A stretch of 64,000 nucleotides of DNA from Spirogloea muscicola (Eukaryota), in assembly GCA_009602725.1 (NCBI GenBank), contig WELB01000003.1, positions 341,832 to 405,831 of the forward strand, given 5' to 3'. The translations under genes and the position numbers were made by a program. Numbering within the stretch: the stretch's first letter is position 1; each line of letters starts with the position of its first letter. The notes beneath the pieces were generated by a model. That model was not told the origin of the DNA and did no database searches. It saw nothing but the letters and a program-made list of their open reading frames with translations. Positions 16,201-30,369 of the stretch are shown piece after piece.

Positions 16201-19200
16201 TCAGACCTCAAGGTCCAGCGTTGTGAGACTTGGGAGCTGCTTGTTGATGCGCTTGAAGACATGATAGTATAAATCCCAAGCCTGCAACATAAGCACATAG
16301 TACAGCATGTAACGATCAATCATTCGATAGAAGCAAACAGTCCATACATTCAGCTGCTTGGGATGAAGGGGAGTGTGGTAACCTGAGTCAGATCTGCCTC
16401 CCTGCCCGTGCGACGATAGTTGAGGCAGCAATCGTTGGCCTCCTGCAGCTCATGTCCATAAGCCTGCACGACAATGTTGAGCTCAGCTGGCTGCCCTGTT
16501 CAGACGAAGGCATCTGTGTCTGTCAAGAAGCAGTATTTATTTTGTAGATCAAGCTTGGTCAGATGCTCGACCTGGACAAATGCAATCTCTTTGAGGGTCT
16601 CTGGGGCGCGGTCCAGCATTGCGTGCAGAGGCTGGAGTGTCTGGAGCATGCCCTCCACGTTGCGCTCGCCGAAGAAGAGGCGCGAAGCCTCCTCAAGCGT
16701 CTCATGCCACAGCTCATGCCACAGGATGGCAACGCGGATGAGCTCGTGCGAAACCAGCTGTGCCTGCTGCACCAGCGTCGCGCTGCGGTGGCGAACCTGG
16801 TCCACCACGAACTGCGCCGCCGTGCGTCTTGCATTGCTCATGCTCTTGCAGGCCACGAGCAGCGGATACATAAGCGCTTGAGGGTGGTGCGCGCCAATCT
16901 GCACTAGGAGGCCCTGGATGAGGCTCCGCACGCCAGCTACTTGACTGTGGATGCGGGCAATCATCTGCGGGATGACCAAGAGCCACGTGTCGACGCTAAC
17001 GTGGCCAAAGCCGTCCCGCAGGGCCGCCTGTACCTCCGGAGCGGCGCCGTGGTTGAACCACAGCGTCAACAACCTCAAAATGTCCTGCAACCAGACAATA
17101 ATACACCTTTTTGGTCTTGACTATCAACTCCCAGGCATCACTCTTTGGGATCAAGAGCAAGGCAATAGAAGACATGCACGCAGCTATATTTGCGGTCTGT
17201 CAACCTGGAGGCAGTCGTCGCCGCTGCAAGTAGGTGATGCTGCCGAGAGGGCAATTGATCGAAAGTAGCCCGAGATGGCGGCGACTACGTGGCGCAGAGC
17301 CGCTTTCGATGCTCCTCTGTCAGAGCTGGACATGTAGTGGCTCATAGCTGCCGTGTTGAAAAGAGCCCATTTGTGCCATGCTTTGCCCCAGCCTCGTGCG
17401 GCCTCTGTGGCAGCTCTGAGAGACGCACCGACCACTGCAAAATCAAGCAGCATGTTAGAGTCTGCTCCATCCACAACTGTGAAGGAGAACCCTTGTGAGA
17501 TTCTAATGCAGTTTTACTCTTGAGTCATTTTGGAAACTTGGATATTGTAATCAGATGCGCAACATGCTATAGCAGAGTATGGCAGTGTTCATACCACGGA
17601 TGTTGCCGTCATCTAGCGCAGGGTGCAGAGCCCAGTGCCAAAGCCCTAACTTCAGATGGACCCTTGCCAGCAATGGCACTGTGCGGGCCGCCGCAGACAA
17701 GGGGAGGAGAGAGGTGGACAGTGAGGGCGACTGGCCCGACGGCGACAAGTAGAGGCTGGGCGAGGTGCTGAGCCCGTTGGGATACGCCGATGCCCCTGTT
17801 TCCTTGTCTAGACGTGCTGCGAGCTCTGTGAGGCTGTCGTACGCGCGGCACTGGTTTGCCTCTCCGCCCAACGACCAGACATGCTTTAGGTACGCCAGCT
17901 CGACCTGCGGCGGTGCCGGCGGCCCTTCTCGCTCCCTATCGCTTGTATTGGGGTCATACTGGTCACGCAAAACGACTTCAAGTCAAGACAACTTCTACTT
18001 GATCATTTGATTCACTAAACAAGGGTCGTCTGATATAGGAGATGCTAATGCTAGGTACTGTAATAAGATGGAAGAAGTAGCTGCAAGAGGTCAACCAGAA
18101 GATACTCGACCAACAATCACAAAGGCTAGCCAAAAAATGTTGTGTCTTATTCACAAAGCCAGCAACAACAGAACAACAAGTGCAGATCACTCTCGAAAGT
18201 ACCTGTTTCTCTTTGAGAGACCCACCTGCAGGAGCTTGAGGAGGGTGGCCTCAGCTTGCGGGACTCGCCCATGCTTGCGGCATAAGCTAGCAAACTTCAA
18301 CCAGGTGGCTGCATCCTCCTGCGCTGGCAGCACCAGAGAACGCACAGCAAGCAGAGCTTGCCAGACCTCCAGGTTGCGCTGGCTACCCATGATGCGGTCG
18401 TGCCACATCTGCCGGATGAGGGCCGCCCTGTCTTCAGCTGCTGGATCACCGACGGGCAGCGTGCAGTAGTCTATGACCTGCATAATTTGCATCAGCGAGT
18501 TTGATCATTTCTCAGATACGTATATTGATCTTGCCTTTTCTTCAATGCATGTATTCCTCATACAATGCACTGAGACAGCTCAACAAGGAGTTAGCGAGCA
18601 CTCGGTGCATAGATGTCATGTGCTGAAGCATTGTCACAATGCCTTGACTTCCTACTCTCAGCACACTTCAGATACAAGAAATGAATGTCGGCAAGGTCTG
18701 CACCTCCTCCAGCTCAGCCAACTGCTGGACTCGTACCATGTCGCTGTATGCTCGCTCATAGCTTTCCAAGACCTGCAAGTGCAGTGTTTGCCATTGAGAC
18801 ACTCAGGCCATATTCCTTGATAGCAGTACAGAGACCACGTCAGAGAAGCCCCAAATACAATAACGCGACAAAGTACATGCAAGGGCAAGCATGATCAGGC
18901 CAAAGTAGGGCAGGGAGCTCAAGTATTTGCACTGAGACGGACCAGAGCGGCAAGCTCGGTTGCCAGCAGCTTCCGTGCCTGTTCCACATACTCGCGACCC
19001 TCTGCATACTGCATAGCCTCCAGGACGACAACGTCAACAAGCTTGCTGAGCTTGTTGACGCATTGCTCTTATGGCCAAGCGTCTCACTGATATATGCACC
19101 ACATTTGAGTAGCACTTGCGGAAGCACACAAACCTGAGCGCGGCGTACGCAAAGCACAGCACGGAAGAAGGCACCGTCTGAGGCCCCAGTGCCACCACTG

Positions 19201-22200
19201 GAACCCGCATGCCCGGAGGTCGTGTGCAAATTCATGCGGCCAGCCAGTGTTGTGAGTTCGCTGCTGCCATCATCAAGCACCGCCACGTACTCGGCCATCT
19301 CATCCCACTCACCCATGTTCCAGGCAGCACTAGCAGCCTGTAGCAGCAGCAAGCCAGAGATGACAGAATATCAGCCCTGATACAGTTCTACCAGGCTTCA
19401 CACTTGGCCAAGGCGGTGCTAAGGGTCTTGTTACGCACCATTGGGGCCATCTCAAGGCGGGCAGCAGATTCTGCAGGGGCCCAAGACTCACGGCATAACA
19501 CACTGAGCTCCTCTCTCCGGGCAAGTGCCGCCAAACAGCGCATACGACCTGCAGACACAAAGTATTCAGATCGCAATACATGACTGCAGAGCTCATATGG
19601 ATGGAGTAGGAGGTGGCAAAGGAGGCACTGCACTCACCAAGAGTTGCCTCAAGCACTGCATGCGGACTGGTAGCAGAGGCCGCTTTCCTTGCGTAAGCGG
19701 CCAATGCCTCATCCCATCGCTGCAATTTCTCATACCTGAAGTCCAAAGTCGCAAGTCAACCGGGCAGTTCAGTCTCAGTCTGGCTGCTGTCATACAAAGA
19801 GGGATGCGCTACTGAATCAAGGCACACATACATTGAGTGTGGGGTTTGACATCAAATTACCAGGATTCCTTCAATACCACGGCCAGATTCTGTTGCGCAT
19901 AAACCAATATTCCCACTGCTGCCTGTTTGTGTCCACCTCACATAGGTGTTAGATACTTGCAAGTGTTGCTGCAATCAACAAGAATTTACTCAGGGCAACG
20001 AGAAGCAGAAGAGGTGCATCATGGGAATAGCCTCAGGAGAGGCTGGACCAAGTTGCCAAGGCAAGGGCTGAGAACCTCGTGTTGATGGAGCTGGTTGTTG
20101 ATATGAATGAGCGCCTCCACGGTTGTTGTGGGGCTCTCCTCAAACTCCATCTCCTTGTAATGCAGGGCTTTTGCAAATGCATGACACTGGATGAAGGCAA
20201 AGCAGGAGAGTGTATTGTGCACCTCTGTCTTGTCAGCAGCCAGTCAAAACAACCACGATGCAGAGACCATATAGAAGTCCTTGTGGTCTACCAATTTTTG
20301 CTAGCCCACCTTCTCAGCAAGGGCCCCAAGTGTCCGTATGTCCACCCGCAAGGGCTTCTCATCGTGCTCCATGAACTCAGCAAGATTGAGAAGGGTCGCC
20401 AGGATCTCAGGGGGAATGTTTGGCGAGGCAAATGCAGCTTCCAAAGAACGCACAAGCTGGTCTTGGTAGCCCTCGTTAAGCTCTGTCCAGCAGCTTACAA
20501 ACCCGGCGGCAAATAGCTCCCGCGCAACATGAGGCTGATCAGTCAAATGGGGGTGGCATCAGCACACAAATACAGATGTGCAAACTATCAGCACACAAAT
20601 ACAGATTTTGTAATGCTCACAAGATAAACCAAATGCATTAGATGCTTGGCAAAGTGATGATGTGCCTTTCTTGCAAATCTCGAGGGGAGATGCGAGACGA
20701 TTTGTACTTGCAGCTGTGCAAGGCCAGCACAAGTGCGCAGAGCTGGGGAAGGTGACTCCTTGAGAAGCTCCACACTGAAGTGGCGCATCCACTCTGCCCA
20801 GTCCTCTTTGGTGCTTCTTTGAGACGACTCCCATGCTTTACGCAGGTGCCCCTCGTTCACCTGGAAAGACTTGCTGCCTCAGCCCCTTCCATGGAAAACA
20901 AGCAACAGTTGCTCAAGTCTCTACCAGCGGCCTGTTTCTAGCAATTAGCTGCAGGGAATTCCAGAGGCACGGACCTTCAGGTTGCGAGCAGCAGCAGCAA
21001 CGTCTGGTCCTTCGCCATCAAGTTGGTCACCAGGATCTGGGTCAAAGACCGTGGACCCACTGTAGTGGAAAGGCCCTAGGCTGTGTGCCCCTAGATCTTG
21101 CTTCAGAGAGGGCTGGACGGCGATGGCATCGCTCGGCATATGGGACTCCCTCCTCTGCAGTACTCCCGCAATGCTCTCAAACCGCAGGTGCTGCAATTGA
21201 GAATACGACGTCATACCAACGTCACTCAGACAGGCAGATTATACAAGGGCAGGCAGTGTAAGTGCTTGACGCAAGCCTCCTGTACCTGAATGTGATGCTT
21301 CCGCAGGAGCTTGCGAAGTGCTGGCAGGAACACTATGAAATCTGCACCAGATGTCACTGCGAGAGCGCAGATGGCCTCCACTGCGTCTCGGCGCAGTTCT
21401 TCAATACTCCTGCCACATAGTAGACCTCTGCCATCAGACTATGCTAACTGGCTCATTATTGGTATCTGAGGGTGATGCAGATGACTTCTCACCCGTCAAG
21501 GACTCGCATGAGTGGATGAAGTAAGGCAGACGTGTAACCTGCCACCTGAATAACCAGCAAAACAGTGTCAACCTCAATACATTGCGCACAGGGTCTCAAG
21601 CGAGCTGGAGGGACAGGTGGTGCACATATGCAGACACACTACCAAGCACATGTCGGCAGTGGAAGGACAAGGCATGCTGACGTCCATACTACAAGCTGAG
21701 CACTTGCCTGCATGGAAGGGACGAGGCGTGCAAGCGTGTAGATGACGGCTCGTCGAACGTCCAGAGGGGCATCTGTCACTCCAGGCTTAAAGAGCCGAAC
21801 TAGAGCCGGCAGGAGCATCTGCATGTGCTCCTCCATGCTCCCTGCTATGGCAGCGTCATAGGGATATGCAGCGTCATTGAAGCTGAAGTCAAACAGGTCT
21901 TAGTATCAAGTCATATCGCCGCACTCTTAAGGCCACAGTGCTGACCATTGAAAACTTCAAAGGCGTGAAGGACAGGTGGAACATAGGCATAGTCGTTGGA
22001 GCGCTCGGCGTCTCCAAGGACCTGTATGCAACGAGGAAGGACCTCGCCCAGGTACATGCGGAACTCGTCATTCAATGCTCGGCACAGGGCCTCCACCAGG
22101 TTTAGTACCTGCAAGAATATGCATTTGACAGTCAGCCCATTCGGTAGCCTGCAATCTTCACTGAGAGAAACATTTGTTGGCCCTTCGACGTAAGACGTAC

Positions 22201-25200
22201 CGGGGAGGCTGTGGCAGATCTTGTGGAGGTGGGTAGCAGAAGCACCGACCAGTAGTCGTAGACTAGGGCCAGCAGCTCTGGTAGGTATTTGCGAATGTGC
22301 TGACATGACAACCACTTGCTGTCAGTGCACACACACAGAACATCAAGAGCAGTTCAACCCGTGCAGCATATGAAGGAGTTGGCAGCACACCTGGCGGACA
22401 ATGTTCACCAGCTGCGCAAGCTGCCAGAATAAAAACTCTCGCAAGCCTTCTTCGCAGACTCGGATGACGTGGAAGAGGTCCGGCATCACCTATGCAGAGA
22501 TCAAGAGGTTAGCTTCCTTGCTGGCAGGATGCTATCATGGACAATGGTCGCAGCATGACCCAGGTCACAAGGCCTCCAAGGATGTTGTGACGTACCTTTG
22601 GCAGGTACGGGATGCATGCAAGCCCCATTGACTGCACCAAAGCCAGGAACCATCCAGCATGTCAGAGGAGAGGGCAGCTGAGATGACCCACTCAGAAGCA
22701 CACTATGGGGATTATTTGGACACAGAATAGGGTGGCGGGCTCGAGAGTGACGACCTTGAATATGTACATGAGGGAGCCGACGACGCGCTGGTGGTAGGAC
22801 GACATCGCGGGCTCGCGGAGGATGCGCATGAGGGCTGCGATAGCCACGGTCGGGTAGTAGTCCTCGGATGACGTAGGTGACAGGCCCCCGCTTGGGAGAA
22901 GCAGCAGGGCGTCAGCAGCTTCGCCGCCACCTGCACCAGCAGCGCCTGCCTCGCCCCAACCACCCCCACCTCCTCCAGCAATCGCCGCTCCCGTGGACCG
23001 CGCCTGCAGCCCATGCAAGGTGCCACCCGTGTCCAGGGCCTCCGCTTGCAAGGCCGTCAGGTTCCGCTTGTGCACGTGCGGATCCAGCGCCCCCATGATG
23101 CCTAGTACCTGCCACCTCCGCCAAGCATGTCAGTCAACCGACACACAGGAGTTTCAATGAAGGCCCGGCACAAATGAGCTTTGTAAAGGCTGGTGTCGCT
23201 TGGATGGACACTCGCCTTTAGGACCTCCCTTCGGGTGGACCAGGCAAGCTCCCCATTGAGGAGACGCAGCAGGAGGGCGAGAAGCTGCGGGTAGTCTGAG
23301 TAGGGCGCCACCACGTACCTGCAACACGCATTGTGAAATGAGCGCGCAAGCATCAGAGCTTCAGACAATGTAGATCACACAGACAATAGTTTCTAGTTGC
23401 AGGCACGCACCCTGTGCTCTCCACAACAAGGCCCAGCGTGGTCACGGCTATCTCCCGCTTGCCAATGGCTCCGCCGTCCTGGAGCGCTTCCACTATGAGC
23501 GGCATGAGCTGCCCCAGGTATGGCCGCATAGCCCTTCCCCCCTGGTGCATTTTGGCCATACACAACAATGTCATCGTCAAGAATCAGGCATTGAGACCCC
23601 AGAATGCAGGTATAGGTGACAGAATATGTGCCTGTGCATACAAACTTCCAAGCATTTCTACTCTACATAATTGGTGATTAGTGCTGATAGAGGCACATGA
23701 CCCTCTCATTGTACCAGCACTTGCAATCCAAGCGCCATACATCAGGCCTTGGTGCTCATATCTCAAAGGACATACCACTCGGGCAAGCTCCCCTATGGTT
23801 GCTAGTATACTAGCAACGACACTGCTCGTGCCACTGCCACTTCCACCAGTGCTGGATGCGGAGCCCTCGCGTAGCTTGGCTACCAGAACCTGGAAGCAAG
23901 GGGACTCACTGAGGCATGTAAGTCCTCAATTCATACTGCAGAGATGGACTGAGCATTGAAAACAGCGACCTTCCTCATAAGTGTGTCGTTGCAGCGACAT
24001 TCATGAGCAGACGAAGCAACCTCCCTTTGCAAATTTCGAAATGACATACATATCAAGTATTGACAGAGCTACATCCTTCACATATCTGTGTCCCAGATAA
24101 GTGGCAAGAACCAAAGACAGGCTACACTATGACTTCCTATATCCACACTGGAAGAACTGAAGCAGCACACAAGATGCAGCAAGGGGATGAAGGCCTTCAG
24201 GTACATAAAACACCAAGGGTGTCTACTGTATCACAAGTGCTTTAAGGAACACCTCTGGTGCTCAAGTGACTGTGTTGGTGGCATACAGAAAAGATGACGC
24301 ACACCTTGAGTATAGGCGAAATATAAGGCTGGACCAAGCGTGTGCAAGCTCGGATAAGATCACCCAAGAGACGTGCACTTTTCTCACGATGCTTGTTGTC
24401 CGTGCTGCCAAAGCAGGCAAAACGATTATCACTTGCAGAAAAGAGCAAGACATGCAGACAATGATCAGAGTGGTTGAGGTATGAATAAGCTTCAGAAGGT
24501 ACCTGTGCTCAAGGTCTGTTAAGAGCTGTAAGAGGTAGTGGCGTAGGGCTGGCAAGACATAAGCGGGATTTCGGCTTGCAAGGCGACCCGCAAGGACAAC
24601 AGCCAGCTCCCGCACTTCGCAAGCCTGGAGTGGAGGATGCTTAAATTAGATCCTCATCAAGCATAAGCACGTGGCTGTCGCCACCTCCCACAACATGTTC
24701 TCAAGTCCATCTTAGGAGGAACAGTTGTGGCTCCTCCAAGGGGGCAGAGGCTGTGAACATCGAGCACACAAGACTACTGAGTGTTGCACAAAGAGCAATG
24801 TGCAACCTCATCATTGAGTGCGATGAAGATGGCACCCAGGTTGTCAGCCTGTCCCAGGAAGTCGTCAAAGCCTACATCGGGACGGAACGATGCAAGAATC
24901 GCCTTCCGAACACCAGAGTCGGCGTCCACAACTGCGACAACTAGGAGGCGGCTAACCACCTGTTGCAACATTGGCTAGTCTCATCAGTGAATAGAGATAC
25001 AGGCTGTCCTTTGGTGTCAAGCCACTGAATTTGCTCAGGCATGCACAGATGTGGCTCACAAATGACGGATGCGCCAGCAACAAATGCTTCAATCTTGCAA
25101 CTGGCAAATGTAGCGCTTGATCAACACACAAGACCTTTCTTGTGTGTCAGCGACTTGGATAACAGCTGAACCAGCCAATCAAGCACATGGGCCATGACAC

Positions 25201-27870
25201 CCAATCCTAAATCTAATCTGCCCAGAATGTCCGATTGGCAGCAGGATGCACAAGTACCTCCTCCACAAGAAGCCGTCGTTGCCGGTATGAGATGGGCCTT
25301 GCTTGAGACACTCTTGAAGAGGGGCCCCCTACTGCAGCCGTGCCCAGGTGCGAAGATGGAGAGCTGGGAATGGAGGATGGTGATGGCTGTATCGCGAGAG
25401 GGGAATGAGATGCCGCAGCTGCACATGACTGCTCAAGCAGCCGGCAGCAGCAAATGCCGGCTTCTTGCCGGGTTGAGGGGTCGTCGTCGTCCAGATACTG
25501 AACCACGGTCTCCTTCACAAACTCTAGCAATTCGTGGCCCTGAACGACAGACAAGGGCACAGCAACCTCAGAATCATAGCAGCTGAACGGACCATGATGC
25601 AAACGAGCTGGCTGTGCTGGACAAGGCTGTCATCAGGAGGTGTGCCAAGTGGTGAGCCAAGTGGTGAGAATGTTGGAAGATAGTAAATTTAGCAAATTTC
25701 AAGCAATTTGGCAATGCTTGGTATGGCAATAGTTGCTTCAAGACCTGTAGATTGAAGGTGGCAAGAGTGCGCAGCGCAAGCTGCGTGAGGGCAGTGCTGG
25801 TCAGGTCCCCAGGCATGGAGGAGGCCCCTCCGGGAGAGGAGCCGCCATGGCTGATCCGAGGGCCAAATGAGCCGCCCGGGACGTGACCATGACTTGCCCG
25901 GCCAGAGGATGCCGCATCGCGGTAGCTCTGCTTCGTCAGGATGCCAGCAACGGTGTCCAAGAGGCGCGCTTGGATTGCTGGCAGGAGCAGGGGGAGGCTG
26001 AGGAGAGGACAGCGAGGTGAAGCTCAGTAGACGAACCTGACGGGCATCGTGATGCTTCACCAGCAGTAGGGCAAGACTGGCATGGACACGTGCGCACCTG
26101 GCAGCCATTTGCGAGAGCGAGGTGACAAGGGTTGGAGAGAGGCCGGCGGCAAAGCACGGGTCCAGTAAGGAGCGAGCGCTGCTGGTGAACTCGGGGCCCA
26201 CAGCTGCCGCCACTGCCCCCACACAGGCTAGGGCCTCCATGGACGGCCGCCCTCGGCGGGGCACCAGCTGCCCCACGCACCGAGGAGCTTAGAAGGCATG
26301 CGCAGACGGACCACCGCCACAGGCCATCGCATGGTTGGAAAGGTATGGCAAGGTACAACTTGCCCTCTTACCGCGTCGCGCAGGAGAACAGTGATGTGGG
26401 GAAGGTAGGGCCCCAGGGCGCCACCAACAGCGCTGGCCATCTCGCCCAGCGCCACAAACCCGCTGGTGCGCTCTGCTGGGTTGCGCATGACGCCCAGGAG
26501 GTGCTCCATGCAGATCTGGAGTGGGCACGCCAACAGCGACCAAGACAACATTGAGACGGAGGGCCCACACGTCCCTCTCGATTGGGGAATGCAATGGCCA
26601 CACACAAGTAGCGCAACTGAGGCAGCCAGGGTGACCCTTGCCTTGAGGTAGGACGACACAAAGCGGTCGCGGAGGAAGTGGGCGATGCGGGGGAGGAGGG
26701 AGGTGATAGAGCGGCGCACGAGGCGCTCCCGATGGTCGCGGTACTTGAGCACAATGTCAGCCACCTCCTTGTAGCGCGCCATCATGAACTCGCCCGTGTT
26801 TCTGTGCAGCAGGCCCTGCCGGCACCCATTTCAGCGGCAGCCAGAGGAGGGCAGCGACAGCAATGCCGCAGCTGGCGAGCTCTAGGCGAGGCCCCCCCCC
26901 ACTCCAATTTGCTGTTGGAGCCTGCAAGGACCTGAGGAGCTCGCCGATGGCCAGCAGGGAGCCGTGGATGCTCTCCACGGAGGCGTTGCGCACGAGGCCC
27001 TTCTGGGTCTCCTCGAACATGCGGTAGTACCCCTGCACGCGCCAGCGCGTCTCGCGCTTCTCGATGACCTGCAGGCAGGCCCTCAGGGCGTCGCACGCGC
27101 GCTCGCGGATGTGCAGCTTGGGGTCGCGCAGCGCCGCCCAGATGACGTCGATGAACATGGGCACGTGCACGTTGAACACCGTCGGCGCGTTCTCGGCCAT
27201 CTCCTGGGCCAAGCCAAGGACCGAGTCGAATATCAAGGTGGGCGCAAGTACGCTAGCTCCATGAGGAGAGCCAGGCCGGTGTGTGCGTGTGGAGCGGCTG
27301 GCCTCGAGCTCGAGAGAGCACGGCGGCGCAAGCGGGGGCGCGGAGGCGCACCTTGAGGATGAGGACGGCGGCGTAGCGGCGGGAGTCGGGCGTGGCGGGC
27401 GCGTGGAGCCAGTCGAGCGCCTGCTTGACCTGGAACTCGACGACGTCGGCGGTGAGGGCGCCGCCGGTGCGCGCGAGGAGGCCGAGCGCGGCGGTGGCGG
27501 CGAGCAGGACGTCGGGGTCCTGCTTCTCCTCGAAGATGGTGCGCAGCGAGGAGGCGAAGCGCGAGATCTTGGTGGCGTCCTCGCCGAGCTTCAGCGCGAT
27601 GAGCTGCTGGATGGCGCGCACGGCGCCCAGGTTGTCCACGGCGTCGGGGCTGTCCACCAGCGCGCCCACGCGGTCGTACAGCGCCTCCATGAGCCGCCAG
27701 AACGCGTCGCCCGGCAGCTCCCGCGCCTCCTCCTCCACGTGCTCCCGCAGCGCGGCCCGCGCGCCCTCCGCCACCGGCCCCCGCGCGCACAGCTCCGCCA
27801 GCAGCCGCCGCACCGTGTCCGGCGCGCCGTGCCCCGCGCCGCCGCGCAGGCTGCGCTCGCCGCGCTCCAT
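13236..27870 (-). CDS. TOR: Target of rapamycin serine/threonine kinase, dozens of exons
   Basis: N-terminal HEAT repeats ([14 protein letters not shown]), FAT domain ([10 protein letters not shown]), FRB ([22 protein letters not shown]), kinase ([34 protein letters not shown]) and FATC ([14 protein letters not shown]). Confidence 0.98.
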
Positions 27871-27949
27871 GGCTGGGCGCCGGGGGAGCGGGGTCACGGC
27901 GAGGAGGAGGCCATTATGGGCGTCCGGGGAGCGGAGCTGCGAGCCTGGG

Positions 27950-28183
27950 GTGATGCCCATCCTCCTCCGCAATGGGGTCCCTCGGACGAGGCGTGTCGAT
28001 CTGGTCGGCGTCCCCCTGGGAGGTGGCAAGCGGCTCCTCATGGACGTTGTCCTCACCGACAGCTTCCGGACGAAGGGCCCCATTACTTCTGAGACCGGCT
28101 ACGCTGCGAAGGTAGCCGAACGGAAGAAGCTGCACAAGTACAAGGACCACCCGGCGGGTGATACCTTTTACCCCCTGGCCATG
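27950..28183 (+). mobile_element. Fragment of a CRE-like retrotransposon endonuclease (RLE) domain
   Basis: PGVMPILLRNGVPRTRRVDLVGVPLGGGKRLLMDVVLTD...AAKVAERKKLHKYKDHPAGDTFYPLAM aligns by eye with the RLE of the element at 49.9-52 kb. It ends at a single N. Confidence 0.8.
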
Positions 28184-28184
28184 N

Positions 28185-29791
28185 CGCCGCCGCCGCCGCC
28201 TCACGCGGGCGCTCCTCCACCCTCGCCGCCGCAGACGACCCGGCGTCGGACCCGCACGCCGCCGGACGCGACCCGCTCGCCACCTTGTTCGTCGCCCACC
28301 TGGCCGCCCACACCACCGAGCCGCGCCTCAGCCAGGTGCGCCCGCCATGCGTGCGTCCCCACGGCCTCCGCGCTGCTGGACCTTGCCGCCGTGGGTGCGA
28401 CACCGGCAGGCCCGCGTGGAGCCCTGGCAGCGCGCTGTGACGGACCCGCGTAGCCGCTGCCGCTGCGCAGGTGATGCAGCGCTTTGGCCGCATCCGCAGC
28501 CTCCGCCTGGTGCGCAACATCGGTCTGACACCCCCCCCCACCGCCAAACGTGAAGACACGCTAGCACGCTTTGGTTGGCACGACCATCGGCTGCTGACGA
28601 GCCGTGCGAGGCGCGTTTTGCTCGAGCGCCGGAGGCCACTGACCAGGGCGCTCTGGGAGCCCGTGCCGTCGCAGTGACCGGCGCCTCGCGCCGCTACGCG
28701 TTCGTGGAGTTCGAGGACGCGTTGGGACTGGAGGCTGCCTACAGGGCAAGCACAGCCTGCTTCACACAACCCATTGTGCGCCTGTGTGCAGCAGCGTCTT
28801 CACCCTTCTATACTTCAAAAGAAAGCGTAAACAACAGCAGCACTTGTAGCACATGTAGTCAAGACATCTCGCCGGCCAGCGTAAATGGGCCAGGCTCGCA
28901 GTTGCTCCTCCATCTGGCCAGAAGTTTTACCAGCCTTCTGTTTCTTTGATGTGGGCATTCTTGAAAGCAGCACGCACACAAGCTGGAGGTTGACGGCAGC
29001 GCCATCCTGGTCGACTACTACCGCCAGGGCTTGATGCCGGGCTGGATGCCTCGTCGACTCGGTCAAATCCCTATGGCCTCTCCTCCTTCGGCAGTCAGAT
29101 CCCTTGAACAAATTTCTGGCTATCTAGGTCTTGAGTCCCATACTTTAGGAATCAACTCCCTGAACCCAGTGCATACGGCAGCTGCACTCTGAAGCTCAAG
29201 GGACCTTGTGATGCGCGCGGTGCCAGGCGGGGGCCTTGGAGGGCGCAAGGAGTCAGGCCAGCTCCGCTTCGGCGGCCGCGATCGCCCCTTCAGAGCTCCA
29301 CTGTGAGCTCCACGAGCTGGTTGTTGACAGCTCCTGCATCGGCCTTCACTGCTCGCCTCAAGTCACTTCTTGTTTCACGTTCCATTGCTGGGAGTTGAGT
29401 TCACCAGCTGTGATCGTTCTGTACTTTGACAAGTGCCGCATCCTTGGTAGCAGCTCGCACTTCTGAAGCTCAGCCGGCCTGCTTGGTGCCTGTTGCGTCC
29501 TCTTTTTCTGTATGCAGGCGAGTCATTCCTAAGGAAGAGCTGCGGAAGCTGGGCATCCCCTTGCCTCCTGAAGGCCATTACTTGCCCGTACGCCAGGTGC
29601 TTGCTCTCATCGCTCACCTCTGCAATCTGCATTCGCTCTGGTGCATTGTTCGCAGCATAGATGGAGCTGACTGCAGCCCCATGATTCAGGTTCCCCCATT
29701 GCCAGAGAGCATTCGAGGAAGATGTAGGCAACTGCTGGAAGTCGAATCGCGGGACAGACCTGCCCCCTCTAAGAGATCAAGGGAGAGATGA
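28185..29791 (+). CDS. SNRNP35: U11/U12 small nuclear ribonucleoprotein 35 kDa (RRM), multi-exon, N-terminus lost at assembly join
   Basis: [73 protein letters not shown], and LGIPLPPEG. Confidence 0.88.
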
Positions 29792-30369
29792 GCATTGTTG
29801 GCTGCTGTGAAAGAGAGCAGCCTCATTGCCATGCCGTGATACTCCTGCCAGCCAAGGAGAGACACCTGCCTGCACAAAGCATGTATTAAATTTGATCATT
29901 AAGCTTGTCAGTACATATTGATGCTGCAAGTGCATATTCTGAAGATTGTTAAGCAGTGGAGAGTAGCTAGCTAGCTGAGTGCTAGCTTTTGGCATTTGAC
30001 ACACAGTTGTCACGGGAAAACGAAACCTAGTGGCAACCGCACGTGTCTTATAGCAAGGTAATCTGAAGGGGGCCAATGTGGCCATTCATGGCAGGAAGAA
30101 ATCCGTGGTGCACTTCCACATCTGTGCGAGACATTATCAGGTTGTGCAATTTCAGCAAAGCCTGCAGGCGGATCGATGACTGCCACCTAAACTAGGAATG
30201 AATCAAGATCTAGATTGTGTGCTCTACACAACAACCTGCCAGTGAATTCACCAGCAAATACTATCCTGTACAGGAAGACAAAATGATAGGATCTTTCACC
30301 AACTCCAGTCAATGTGTTATAGATTCCTGCTTGGCTTGGAGGACCCAAGCATCAGCCTTCAGCGGCCGC

